Shown here: one piece after another, positions 10,167 to 22,365 of the stretch
Layout: every line of letters starts with the position of its first letter
How positions within the stretch are numbered: the first letter of the stretch is position 1
Assembly: GCA_043228905.1 (NCBI GenBank)
Contig: JBHGNT010000010.1
Coordinates: 10,726,001-10,790,000 of the forward strand
DNA length: 64,000 nucleotides
Reading direction: 5' to 3'
From: Azolla caroliniana
Lineage: Eukaryota; Plantae; Polypodiophyta
Program-made: the position numbers and the translations under genes
The notes under the pieces: generated by a model
Told to the model about the DNA's origin: nothing
What the model saw: only the letters and a program-made list of their open reading frames with translations
The model's database searches: none

Positions 10167-13100
10167 AGGCACAAGAAGACTCTTTCTATTCCATAGAAAA
10201 CAATAATACAACCCAACCTTACAAAAAGGTTACAAGGTCACTATGTATAGTGACAACTTAGGGCAACTACCATTTATGCTAATTACACAAATGGCCCAAA
10301 CTTGATCTATACAAAGGGATAGTGTGAATACGTCCATTATACACTTGTATTCGACACTCCCCCGTAATGGGCGTATACATGGGTTATCTAAGATTACAGG
10401 TATAAACCTAGGTTCTCGGACATATCAGTTTTGTTCGAGTCGGCAGGATCCGAAGGCAGGAGACCGGACTGGTCGGGTCGGAAGAGTTGAAGCCGATCAT
10501 TAAGGAACTGATGTCGGTTGTCTGAAACCATCCTGCGCTGTGTCCGGCTCTAACCGGACTGGTTTGTCGTTACGCCCATCTGATGCCGAAGGGACCGAAA
10601 GCGGTCTGCCGAGAGACACTTGGTCATTCCATCTGCGACATTGTCGGTTGTGGATATTTTCTCTAGACCGATTTTCCCTGAAATGACGCAGTCCCGAACG
10701 AAGTGATATCGAACGTCGATATGTTTGGAGGCGTTGTGGTGAACCGGATTTCTCGACAAGGCAACAGCACCTTGACTGTCGCTATAGACAACTGGAGCCG
10801 AGTCATGGTCGACTTGCCGAAACGTGTGCGCCAGCCGGCCAAGCCACAAAGCTTCTTTTGCAGCGTCGGACGCAGCTACATATTCTGCTTCGGTCGTTGA
10901 GGTCGCTGTGCACTCCTGAAGTTTCGACTTCCACGAAATTGCTCCATTGCCGAATTTGAAACAGTATCCGGTTGTTGATTTCCGACTGTCTATACAGCCG
11001 GCGAAGTCCGAGTCGGTGTAACCGACTACGCCTGAGGTTGAGTTCGGACCGAAAAGAATGTCGTGGTCTTTTGTGCCAGCCAGATATTTGAACACATGCT
11101 TGACTGCGTTCCAATGCGATCGGCCAGGATTGTGCATAAATCTGCTAACGACTCCTACGGCATGAGAGATATCAGGCCGTGTCGCGACCATTAGGTACAT
11201 AAGGGAGCCGACTGCCGGTGCATACGGTACCGACTTCATATCTTCCCCCTCCGGACCGGATGTCGGGCAGTCTCGCTGAGAGAGCCGAAGATTCATGGGG
11301 AGCGGGGTTGAACCAGATTTGGCTGATTGCATGTTGAAGCGTTCCAAGACACGTCCGATATAGTCGGTCTGAGACAGAAAAAGATGTCGTTTATCGCGAT
11401 GCCGACTAATCTTCATGCCAAGTATGTGTCGTGCCGGACCGAGGTCCTTCATGGCAAACTTCAACCGCAATTGCCGAATGAGATCGGCAAGTTCGCCTGC
11501 GTGGCGTCCAGAAATTAGCATGTCGTCCACGTAAATGATGAGGAAGATGGGTGATCCATCTTGAGCTGTGTTGGTAAAAAGACAATGGTCCTCATCGCTT
11601 TTTGAGAAGCCGATCGATTGGATGAAGTCGTCGAACTTCTTGTACCATTGTCGCGGTGCCTGTTTGAGGCCGTATAGACTCTTCCTGAGTCGGCAGACTA
11701 GATGTTCTTGGCCAGTTGCCACGAAGCCTTTTGGCTGCTCCATATAAATTTCCTCTTCAAGATCACCATGGAGGAAGGCTGTTTTGACATCTAGCTGAAT
11801 CAGCTCCAAGTTGTCGGTTGCCACTACGCCGAGTAGAAAACGAAGGGTTGTCATTTTCACCACTGGTGAAAAAATCTCGTCGAAGTCGACGGCATATTCT
11901 TGTCGGAAGCCCTTTGCAACTAATCTGGCCTTGTACTTTGGGGTGGTCGAATCAGACGTCTCTTTTAGTCGATAAACCCACTTGCAAGGAAGAGCACGTC
12001 GATTCTTAGGTAATTCGACCAGATCCCAAGTCTTGTTTACCCGAATGGAGTGCATTTCCGACTCCATCGCCAGATGCCAGGTGGCTGAATCGACAGATGT
12101 CGATGCTTCTTCGTAAGACGTCGGTTCGCCGGCGTCGGTGAAGAAAATTCCAGGAGAATACCTCTCCGGAGGTTGCGACAGTCTCTCGGATCGTCGAGGT
12201 ATGATTGGACTGGTCGCATCGGGTATTGAGGTCGGATGGTCCGAAAGCGAATCATTCGGCTGTGCCGAGTCAGAGTTGTCCGAGTCGGTAGTGTAAGGTT
12301 CAGCTACCCGTGAAGCTGACCGTGTGTTAAGAGCGGGGCCTTCTTGAAGGGTCGGCACATCGGAAAATGTTACCCTTCGGACTTCGATCGGTGTTTCGAC
12401 TGATGGATTCATAGCCGACTCGTTGAACACAACGTCCGAACTTCGAACGATTTGTCTGCGTTCGGGGTCCCAGAGTCGGTATCCTATTTCGTCGTCGGAT
12501 CCATATCCAAGGAAAATGCATTTCCTGGACCGAGGTGCAAGTTTTCGGCGATCATCTTTCGGAATAAGGGCGTACGCCTCGCATCCGAAGATCCTCAGCT
12601 TGTTGTAATTCGGCTTACTGCCGATCCATAGTTCCTGAGGAATTTGAAGTCCTAGAGGTCTACTTGGCGACATATTGATTATGTGTACTGCCGTGAGTAG
12701 AGCTTCTACCCAGAAGCCATCCGACAGTCTGGAGTGTTGGAGCATGGAAACTATCCGTTCTTGGATTGTCCGATTCATGCGTTCTGCAATCCCGTTTTGC
12801 TCCGGACTGTGTGGTGCCGTAAATTCACGTCGGATGCCGCGTTGTCGGCAGAATTTGACGAATTCTTCTGATTTGAACTCTCCCCCATTGTCGGTCCGAA
12901 AGCATTTCAGTTTTCGGTCAGTTTGATTTTCTACCATAGCGAGCCAATCGGAGAAGATCGAGAAGACACGATCTTTGGTGCGAATTGGATAAGCCCACAC
13001 CTTTCGAGTCGAATCGTCAATAAAACTGACAAAGTAAGAGGCACCGCCGAGAGACTGATGCGGCATTGGGCCACAGACGTCCGAGTGGACTAAATCGAGA

Positions 13101-15557
13101 GGTCTCGTTTCTCTTGGTGCTGATGTCGGGTGTGATGCGGCTGCTTGTTTGCCATACTGGCAATGTTCGCAGAATTGATGGTCCGAGAAGGAGAGTTTAG
13201 GGATGTATCCGGCTCTAGATAGGTGCGTAATGCCGGCCTTGCTGAGGTGTCCTAATCTTCTGTGCCATAGTGATGACACAGGAATATCCACCAAAAACAG
13301 GTTACCCTCTCTGAGCGTAACGTGTAACGGATACAGTGAGTGTATCTTGGGTCCTCTGGCAAGCAGGAGGTTCCCCCTGTGGAGTGTCCACCCTCCCGAA
13401 GAAAAACCGGCACGAATGTCGTCTTCATCTAGTTGTCCGACTGAGATCAATGGCCTTGAGAGCTCGGGTACATGTCGGACATTGTGAAGTACAAGTGTAG
13501 AGCCACCTGCAAGGTTGAGCTCTACTGTGCCGATTCCAATGATGTCACAGTGTTGCGAGTTGCCGACTCGAACTGAGTCGGAGTGACGGATCGTATATTG
13601 CCGAAATTGGGATCGATGAGGAGTCACGTGAAATGACGCGCCCGAATCTAAGAGCCATGTGCTCGATTCTTCAGTCGTGAGCAGAACTTCTGATCCGACT
13701 GGATTTTCGATTGATAGTATATTCGGGTCGTTTGGTAACACATCAGCTGAGGAGCTGACGTAATTGATCTCCTCATGCCGGCCACTCTTCTTGTCTGATT
13801 TCTGAGACTTGTCGTTCTTGTTCTTGAGTGCGCGGCAGTCGGCTTTGATGTGTCCGGGTTTCTTGCAATAGTTGCAGATTCGATTATCCCGTGATTGGCT
13901 CCGTCTTCGCTGATTGTTCGGCTGCCGTGAGGAATCTCTTCCTCGTATGTTCGATCGGTCTGTCGAACCTTGTACTACATAAGCGTCGTCTGTTGAGTCT
14001 TTGGCGAAAGACTTTCTCCGAGCTGCTTTGGTCAGGATTGCGCTCGTGACTTCGGAGTATTTAACAGCCGTGGTTGACGCGTTGCACACGGTTGTGACGA
14101 AAGTTTCCCATGATGAGGGAAGGCTGCTCATGAGTATCATTGCTCTGAGTTCATCCTCTATTGCCGTCCCCTGAGATGAGATTTGGGAGCTTATGCTTTC
14201 GTACTCATTGAGATGTGCTTGAACCGAATCTGATTCTTTCATCCGCAAGTTGTAGAGGCGCCGGATCAGAAACATCTTTGTTGCAGCGACCTTCTTTTCG
14301 TAAGTGTCCGACAGTGTTTTCCACAGTTCGAATGCTGTCGTACACGATTGCACCGTAAAGTATACCGATTCCGATAGGTGCATCCGAATCGTGGCGCGGA
14401 CGATTCTGTCCAGCTTCTGCCACTCAATTGGTTTGTATCCTTCTGGAGGTTCTTCATTTTCGATGGGATCGATTTGCCCCTTGACTATGAGATAGTCCTG
14501 CATTTGCTCCTTCCAGAAGTTGAAGTTCGATCCATCGAACTTTCGTAGACTCATTTCTGACGAGCCGGATGTTGATGCCATCAAATTTGGTTTCGGTTGA
14601 CGAAGCTCGGTTCGGAGTTGACTACGAACCTTGTTGGAGTGCAGCCGGTTGGCTCACCCGATATCGTTCTAGTCGGATTTGGACCCGAGTCGGTTCGGCT
14701 TCGGATATATGTATTGTTGAACTTGCTCGAATTGACTCCAGTAACTTGAGGGACACAACCGACTGGTCTTCCTGAATGTTGCCGAGTCGGAGTGAGCCCG
14801 GTTCGCTTCCGAATATATATGCCAGATACCGATTATTGAAACCGATTGTCTGGACCGATTCTGCTTTGGGTGACTGCAGCGACGAGAGAGACGGATCCAA
14901 CTGATCCTCCCGAATGTCGATCAGCCGGATGAAGCACGAATTTGGGTTGTTGTCCTTGAAGTCGTCGTTGTGCAGGAAGCCCACCTCAAGCAGTTACGAT
15001 CAGGGAAGTAGAGTACAACCGACTGGCTTACTCCGAGTGATGATCTAACGTAGCGAGTGTGTCTGCCTACTTTCTTCTCTGTTTCTTCGAATGACGCAAG
15101 AGGCCGAATGCTTTGCAGACTAGGATGAAGCGAAAGGCCGAATACTGTGCAGGCTCTGATGAAGCGAAGAACCGAATGTTGTGCAGGTTGAGACGACGGC
15201 CGACAGCGGGTTGAGGGACCGAATACTGTGCAGGCTCTGATACCAGATGTTGGAGACAAGGCCGTGTCGATGCGGAAGATCAAGAAGCATTCGATTAGGG
15301 TTTTGAGTACCTGCGTATTCCAACTTCTCAGATCGTGCACACAGAGAGAGAGAGAGAGAGAGAGAGAAGGCACAAGAAGACTCTTTCTATTCCATAGAAA
15401 ACAATAATACAACCCAACCTTACAAAAAGGTTACAAGGTCACTATGTATAGTGACAACTTAGGGCAACTACCATTTATGCTAATTACACAAATGGCCCAA
15501 ACTTGATCTATACAAAGGGATAGTGTGAATACGTCCATTATACACTTGTATTCGACA
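10045..15557 (-). mobile_element. Full-length Copia A2 (3' LTR 10045-10356, 5' LTR 15248-15557; TSD GTTGT)
   Basis: Near-identical reverse complement of A1; GTTGT at 10040-10044 and 15558-15562; PBS 15233-15245. Confidence 0.97.
10550..14581 (-). CDS. Copia Gag-Pol polyprotein, intact (1343 aa)
   Basis: Same motifs as the A1 ORF; roughly 20 aa substitutions; catalytic residues retained. Confidence 0.97.
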   Translation of the reverse strand: MASTSGSSEMSLRKFDGSNFNFWKEQMQDYLIVKGQIDPIENEEPPEGYKPIEWQKLDRIVRATIRMHLSESVYFTVQSCTTAFELWKTLSDTYEKKVAATKMFLIRRLYNLRMKESDSVQAHLNEYESISSQISSQGTAIEDELRAMILMSSLPSSWETFVTTVCNASTTAVKYSEVTSAILTKAARRKSFAKDSTDDAYVVQGSTDRSNIRGRDSSRQPNNQRRRSQSRDNRICNYCKKPGHIKADCRALKNKNDKSQKSDKKSGRHEEINYVSSSADVLPNDPNILSIENPVGSEVLLTTEESSTWLLDSGASFHVTPHRSQFRQYTIRHSDSVRVGNSQHCDIIGIGTVELNLAGGSTLVLHNVRHVPELSRPLISVGQLDEDDIRAGFSSGGWTLHRGNLLLARGPKIHSLYPLHVTLREGNLFLVDIPVSSLWHRRLGHLSKAGITHLSRAGYIPKLSFSDHQFCEHCQYGKQAAASHPTSAPRETRPLDLVHSDVCGPMPHQSLGGASYFVSFIDDSTRKVWAYPIRTKDRVFSIFSDWLAMVENQTDRKLKCFRTDNGGEFKSEEFVKFCRQRGIRREFTAPHSPEQNGIAERMNRTIQERIVSMLQHSRLSDGFWVEALLTAVHIINMSPSRPLGLQIPQELWIGSKPNYNKLRIFGCEAYALIPKDDRRKLAPRSRKCIFLGYGSDDEIGYRLWDPERRQIVRSSDVVFNESAMNPSVETPIEVRRVTFSDVPTLQEGPALNTRSASRVAEPYTTDSDNSDSAQPNDSLSDHPTSIPDATSPIIPRRSERLSQPPERYSPGIFFTDAGEPTSYEEASTSVDSATWHLAMESEMHSIRVNKTWDLVELPKNRRALPCKWVYRLKETSDSTTPKYKARLVAKGFRQEYAVDFDEIFSPVVKMTTLRFLLGVVATDNLELIQLDVKTAFLHGDLEEEIYMEQPKGFVATGQEHLVCRLRKSLYGLKQAPRQWYKKFDDFIQSIGFSKSDEDHCLFTNTAQDGSPIFLIIYVDDMLISGRHAGELADLIRQLRLKFAMKDLGPARHILGMKISRHRDKRHLFLSQTDYIGRVLERFNMQSAKSGSTPLPMNLRLSQRDCPTSGPEGEDMKSVPYAPAVGSLMYLMVATRPDISHAVGVVSRFMHNPGRSHWNAVKHVFKYLAGTKDHDILFGPNSTSGVVGYTDSDFAGCIDSRKSTTGYCFKFGNGAISWKSKLQECTATSTTEAEYVAASDAAKEALWLGRLAHTFRQVDHDSAPVVYSDSQGAVALSRNPVHHNASKHIDVRYHFVRDCVISGKIGLEKISTTDNVADGMTKCLSADRFRSLRHQMGVTTNQSG

Positions 15558-15594
15558 GTTGTAGTGGTAACTGATTGGTTGTATAAAATGTATT

Positions 15595-15800
15595 CATATG
15601 TGTATGAGATCAATACCTCATTTGACATGTATTTGATATGTGATTCGTGTCGTATGCGTACGAGGTTAATACCTCAATTGTGTATTACATTCACATACAT
15701 ATATTACGTATGTGTATGAGGTCAATATGTTGATTTCTAAGTAAATGATATGTGTTTGGTGTCGTATGCGTAAGAGGTCAATACCTCAATTGCGTATTAC
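15595..15800 (+). repeat. Degenerate tandem repeats in the Gypsy D leader
   Basis: Recurring GAGGTCAATACCTCAATTG and GTGTCGTATGCGTA. Confidence 0.55.
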
Positions 15801-16969
15801 GATTAACCCTTATTTTTGGACGTTTCGTGTGCGTAGAGGCTATATGCCTCGAGTACATATCTCAATTACATCATTGGTTGCTATTTGATATTATGATTTT
15901 TTTATCATATGCATATGTGGTCCCGTGTATACGTATTTGATCATATATATGTGATAAATATACATATGTGTATATTAGTTTTTACGTGATTTCTATATCG
16001 AATGTTTCCTATTTGGGGAAAGGATCTTGGTGGCCGTCCTCACATTTTTGTAGGAATGGCGTAGTCACCATCCTTTTTTCAACAATTTTTTTTGTTGTCA
16101 TCCCCATTGGTCACTTCGATTTCGTTACGTAATGAAACAATCATAGCCACAATGATGTTGAGAACGTAGGGCTTGACCCACTTCATGTGAGGTCGCTCCT
16201 ATGACACACATATCCAACATTCCTCTCTCATTACATGGATACAATGCCACCATGAGATCATTCTTACCAAAGGCATTCGTAATGACGTAACCATGTGATG
16301 GGTCACATGGGCCTACTACGAAAAGAGGGCTCATTTGGCTTGACCATTAGGTTGCACTTTGGCGTATGCCATCGTAATTATGAGACTTGAGGTTAGGTAA
16401 CGTACCAACATAGTTTGTGGTAAACGAGAAGGAAATAAGGACTCTTGACATATATGTTTCTTTTAAAAAAACATATATGGGCAAATGCCTCACATATCTC
16501 TTATACGTATAAATCATTAAACATTCAATATGAGCAACCTATTTGGTTAGCTCAACTGTTTAATGCATTTGTTTTGGAGGTCTCGAGTTCAAATATGACC
16601 AAGACCATACAACATTGTTGATACATATGACTATAATACATGTTTAGACTTTAGGTCTAACTGCACTTCAGGATCTTAATAGGACTTAACGAGCCAAAAC
16701 CACATACATGGGCACAAAAGCATAATTTATTGTTAACATTTTTTTCGTGTATAAACTATTAATGACGCGAACCTACATGGTTGAGCCTCGGGGAGCCCCC
16801 ATGAATAAATCAATATAGAGATTAGGGAAAGACATTCATTTGCCACCCTCATGGTTTTTAAAACACCTTTGTGTTACCATAGTAACATGATCTTGAACCT
16901 CACCTCATATGTCTAGAGGGGTATTGACGTGAGATCATGATATTGATTAATGTTGGCCCATGATATGTT

Positions 16970-19900
16970 TGTTGGGATTACGGTCCCTTCGGATGGGATG
17001 GTCGGATGTCGGAGATGAATGCCGACGAGCCCGGTTTCGGTTTCGGAACCGGATGATGAAGACCCCGGCTTCGGAGCCGGAAGACGAATGTACCCGGAGA
17101 GAGATCCGGATGCGGGGACATATTTGTGAATATGTTTGCCAAGGGCCCTTGAGGCTACATTTGTAAATAAGCCCGAAAGTCATATGTGTATAAATATGAC
17201 TTAGGGCAAACAGTTTTTACGTTGCTTCTTATTTTTCTGTTTTTCCACTCAAGAGGAGTGAAGAGAGAGCAGCCGTGAGAGAGATAGAGCGTGAGAGAGG
17301 AAGAGGTCGACGCCTCTGTGTATTTCCGCCGCCTGTGGCGAGGACAGCGAGCTCAAGGTCGTCGCCTTTGCAGCTCGCCATTGTATACTTCTCTGTGCAT
17401 AGTTTTGGTTCGGAGTCTTGTACTCCCGTGGTTTTTCCCGTACAGGGTTTTCCACGATAAATCGTGTGTCCACTCTATTTTTTCGCATTTCCCATTTTCT
17501 GCAACAACGATTCGTGTGTTTCCTTGGTTGTGGCCGAGAAGTGAAGTTTGGAAAGTGACGATTATTTCCATCAATTTGGTATCAGAGTGAGTTGCTGCAG
17601 AAAATGGAAGGCGGCGGCAGCGGGCAGCCGGGGATGATGGTGCTGAATGCGCAGAATTACGCCGACTGGAAGATCAAGATGGAGGATCTTCTGATTGTTC
17701 GGGACCTGTACGAACCGATTGACAGGTCGGAAATACCGAAGGGGGTACTTGAGTCGGAATGGAGGCTTCTGAACCGGAAAGCCGTTGCAACCATTCGGCA
17801 ATACGTAGACGTGAGCGTTCTACAACATGTGGCGAACGACACCAAGGCATATGAGATGTGGCGGAAGCTGTCGGGCCTCTATGAGAGGAAGAATGCGTTG
17901 AACCGGACCTCCCTGATGAGGAAGATAGTGAACCTCAAGTACCGTGACGGCGAGAGTATGGTGGAACACGTAAGCACGTTCATGGGATTCGTGAACCAGC
18001 TTGCGGCGATCAAGGTCCCGTTGGAGGATGCAATGCAAGCCATCATTCTGATGTGTACATTGCCGGAAAGCTGGGAGAACTTGGTGGTGACTCTCAGCAC
18101 CTCCTGCACCGAAGATAACTTGTCCCTACAAACGGTAAAGACAAGTATTTTGAACGAAGAAGCACGTCGGAGAGATAAAGAACCGGCCTCCGATCCGAAG
18201 ATGTTGTTTACCGAATCGGAACGGGGAAGACAATGGAACCGGAGTCCGCAAAGACGGGAGAAGTCGGGGACCCGGTCGCAGTCAAGAGGAAGACCCACAT
18301 GCTTCCACTGTGGGAAGCCGGGGCACTTCCGGAAGAATTGTCGGCATTACCGAAAGGACAACGGAGCCGACGACACCGATTCGAAGAAGTCACCGGAGAG
18401 AAACGGTGCATACCGGGGAGCCACGGACCGGAGAGGTCCGGATCGGCGAGGGCAGGACCGAAAAGGAACGACGGCACTCGCGGCAAGTGAAGAGGAGATC
18501 ATGCTCATCACCGAAGAAGGTGAACTAAACATTGCCGGCGATGAGACGACCTGGGTGGTCGATTCCGGAGCGTCGTTCCACCTGACCCCGGAAAGAAGAT
18601 ACTTCTCATCCTACACAGCCGGTGAGCATGGCTGTGTTCGGATGGGAAATGAAGGTACGTGCCGGATTGCCGGCATAGGAGACGTGTGGTTGACAACCCC
18701 GACCGGATGCAAAATGCTGCTGAAGGATGTCCGACACGTTCCGGAGGTTCGATTGAACCTGATTTCGGCCGGGAGGCTAGACGATGAAGGCTACACAGGT
18801 AGCATCCGGAACGGCGTAATGAAGTTCAGCAAGGGGAGCCTGATAGTGGCTCGGGCCCGGAAAGTCAACACACTGTACCTGATGAATGCCCGGTTATGTC
18901 TGGAAGAGCTGAATGTGGCAGCCGACACTGCTGGTGAGCTGTGGCACAAAAGACTGTGCCACATGAGTGAGAAGGGGATGAAGAGGCTTGCAGAAGACAA
19001 CCTTATTCCAGTGAAACATGTGCACCTGGAGAAGTGCACCGATTGCCTGGCCGGTAAGCAGAACCGAACCTCCTTCCACTCAAGGCCACCGACGAGACGT
19101 AGTGTACCATTGGAGTTGGTACACACTGATGTGTGTCAGGTAGAAAGGAAGTCACATGGCGGAGCCCAGTACTTCGTGACATTCATTGATGATCACAGCC
19201 GGAAGCTGTGGTCGGCACCGTTGAAGACAAAGGACCAAGTGTTGTCCATCTTCAAAGAACTCCACGCGAGAGTGGAAAGAGAATCCGGCAAGAAGCTGAA
19301 AGCGATACGAGCGGATAAAGGAGGGGAATACCGGGGGCAGTTCGCGGAGTACTGTCGCTCGAAAGGAATCCGGCTCGAGTTTACTGTGCCGAAGACGCCG
19401 GAACTGAACGGGCTGGCCGAGAGGATGAACCGGACCATAATGGAGAGGGTCCGGAGTATGCTGGCGCATGCGGAATTACCCAAGGGGTTTTGGGCTGAGG
19501 CGATGTCGACGGCGACATACGTGATAAACAGATCACCCTCAGTACCTTTGGACGGAGACACGCCGCAGAGAGTGTGGACCGGTAAGGAAGTGTCCTACCG
19601 GCATCTGAAGGTGTTCGGGTGTCTCGCATACGTGCATGTGGCAAAGGACCGGAGAGGAAAGCTAGATCCAAAGACCCGGCCATGCATATTCCTCGGTTAC
19701 GGCGACGACGAGTTCGGCTACCGAGTATGGGACCCGGTCGACAAGAAGATATTCAGGAGTCGAGATATCATCTTCATGGAGGAAAAGACACTCGCCGACT
19801 GGGAGTCGGAGAAGAAGATGAAGAGCTCCAAGTCGACCGGTGAGAATCAACTCTACGAGGAGCAGTCCCGACCGGCAAGGGACCGGTTAGCACTCGAGGA

Positions 19901-22291
19901 TCCGGCCGAAGACAATGAAGAAACAGAACCGGCCGAAGAAGATGAAAATGATACCGGAACCGGCCCCGATCCCGAAATGGATTCGGATGAAGAAGAATCG
20001 GAAGAACCGGTTACCGAAGCTCCGGAACGGAGATATCCTCTAAGAGAGAGAAGGGCCCCCCGGAGATTTCCGGAACCAGAGCACGTGCTGCTAACCGACG
20101 AGGGGGAGCCGAAGAGCTTTGAAGAAGCAAAGCATGACACCCATAGCCGCAGGTGGTTAAGTGCCATGCAGGAGGAGATGGATTCCCTGCATGAGAACCA
20201 CACATATGAACTTGTGGAGTTGCCGAAAGGAAAACGGGCACTCCGTAACAAGTGGGTGTTCAAGCTGAAACCGGGAGATGCCGGAAACCCCCCGAGATAC
20301 AAAGCCAGGATCGTGGTGAAGGGGTTCCAGCAGAAGAAGGGCGTCGACTTCGACGAGATATTTGCCCCGGTAGTGAAGATGACCTCTATCCGGACGGTGC
20401 TGAGCATAGCGGCAAGCATGGACCTCGAGGTAGAACAGATGGACGTGAAGACGACATTCCTTCACGGTGACCTCGAAGAAGAGATATACATGCAGCAACC
20501 GGAAGGATTCGAGAAGAAAGAGAAGGAGCACTTGGTATGCCGGTTGAAGAAGAGCCTTTATGGTTTGAAGCAGGCTCCCCGGCAGTGGTACCGAAAGTTT
20601 GACTCTTTCATGACCGACGAAGGGTACCTCAAAACGCAGTCCGACCACTGCGTGTTTGTGAAGAAGTTCGAAGGAGGAGACTTTCTAATACTCCTCCTGT
20701 ACGTGGACGACATGTTGATCGTCGGACGAGACCAGGTCAAGATACGGATGCTGAAGAAGGCTCTTCACTGAACCTTCTCAATGAAAGACCTGGGTCCGGC
20801 GAGGCAAATACTAGGGATGCACATCATCCGGGACCGGAAGGAGAAGCAGTTGTGGCTGTCACAGGAGAAGTACGTGACAAAGGTGCTTCACCGGTTCAAC
20901 ATGTCGGAAGCAAGACCGGTCGGGTCAACACTCCCGCCAAACTGCAAGCTGTCCAGCAAGCAAAGCCCCAAGACAAAGGCTGAAAAGGAGGATATGATGA
21001 AAGTGTCGTATGCCTCAGCCGTCGGGAGCTTGATGTACGCCATGGTGTGTACGAGACCGGACATAGGATATGCAGTCGGAGTGGTGAGCCGGTACATGAG
21101 CAATCCTGGCAAAGAGCACTGGAACGCGGTCAAGTGGATACTCCGATACCTGAAGGGCACGGCAAAGGTGTGCCTCCGATTCGGCTCCGGTAAGCCCGAA
21201 CTTGACGGTTTTACCGATTCGGATATGTCGGCTGATGCAGATACCAGCCGGTCCACATCCGGGTATGTGATGACCTATGCAGGGGGAGCCGTTTCGTGGC
21301 AGTCGAGGCTGCAGAAGACGGTTGCGTTGTCAACCACGGAGGCGGAGTACATGGCGGCTGTTGAAGCCGGCAAGGAAATAATATGGATGAAGGACTTCAT
21401 TAGAGAGCTCGGTATCCGGCAGGAGGAGTACCGACTCTACTGCGACAGTCAGAGTGCAATCCACCTTGCGAAGAACGCGGCCTATCACTCCCGGACGAAG
21501 CACATCCAGCGAAGATATCACTGGATCCGGGAAAGGATAGAAGACAAGGAGTTCGTGCTGACGAAGATCCACACGGACGAGAACGGGTCGGATATGCTGA
21601 CCAAGGTGCTCACACCCGACAAGCTGGAAGCATGCCGGAAGAGGATCGGATTGGAAAGACATCCCATGCCGAAGTGAAGGGGGAGTTTGTTGGGATTACG
21701 GTCCCTTCGGATGGGATGGTCGGATGTCGGAGATGAATGCCGACGAGCCCGGTTTCGGTTTCGGAACCGGATGATGAAGACCCCGGCTTCGGAGCCGGAT
21801 GATGAATGTACCCGGAGAGAGATCCGGATGCGGGGACATATTTGTGAATATGTTTGCCAAGGGCCCTTGAGGCTACATTTGTAAATAAGCCCGAAAGTCA
21901 TATGTGTATAAATATGACTTAGGGCAAACAGTTTTTACGTTGCTTCTTATTTTTCTGTTTTTCCACTCAAGAGGAGTGAAGAGAGAGCAGCCGTGAGAGA
22001 GATAGAGCGTGAGAGAGGAAGAGGTCGACGCCTCTGTGTATTTCCGCCGCCTGTGGCGAGGACAGCGAGCTCAAGGTCGTCGCCTTTGCAGCTCGCCATT
22101 GTATACTTCTCTGTGCATAGTTTTGGTTCGGAGTCTTGTACTCCCGTGGTTTTTCCCGTACAGGGTTTTCCACGATAAATCGTGTGTCCACTCTATTTTT
22201 TCGCATTTCCCATTTTCTGCAACAACGATTCGTGTGTTTCCTTGGTTGTGGCCGAGAAGTGAAGTTTGGAAAGTGACGATTATTTCCATCA
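16970..22291 (+). mobile_element. Full-length Copia C1 (LTRs 16970-17573, 21688-22291; TSD ATGTT)
   Basis: 604-bp LTRs with 2 differences seen; PBS TGGTATCAGAG 17577-17587; PPT GAAGGGGGAG before 21688; 5-bp TSD. Confidence 0.96.
17604..21677 (+). pseudogene. Copia Gag-Pol with a single in-frame TGA (20769-20771) in RT
   Basis: ORFs 17592-20771 and 20781-21677 share a frame; CFHCGKPGHFRKNC, VVDSGAS, YVDD, FTDSD present. Confidence 0.92.
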
Positions 22292-22365
22292 ATGTTTACA
22301 TCACGACTTGATGTTATGACTATTTGTCTGACCTTATCCTATTTCTTTGCTAGAAATGATCTTCA

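Noticed and set aside
10045-15557. A2 as an assembly or segmental inverted duplicate of A1
   Set aside because: It has its own TSD, unrelated flanks, different (CT)n lengths and about 20 aa differences.
20769-20780. Programmed stop read-through in C1
   Set aside because: The stop is mid-RT, lacks a CARYYA context and fits a CGA-to-TGA mutation.
3347-21901. Many short antisense or overlapping ORFs shared by A1/A2 or by LTR pairs
   Set aside because: Conservation simply reflects near-identity of recent copies.
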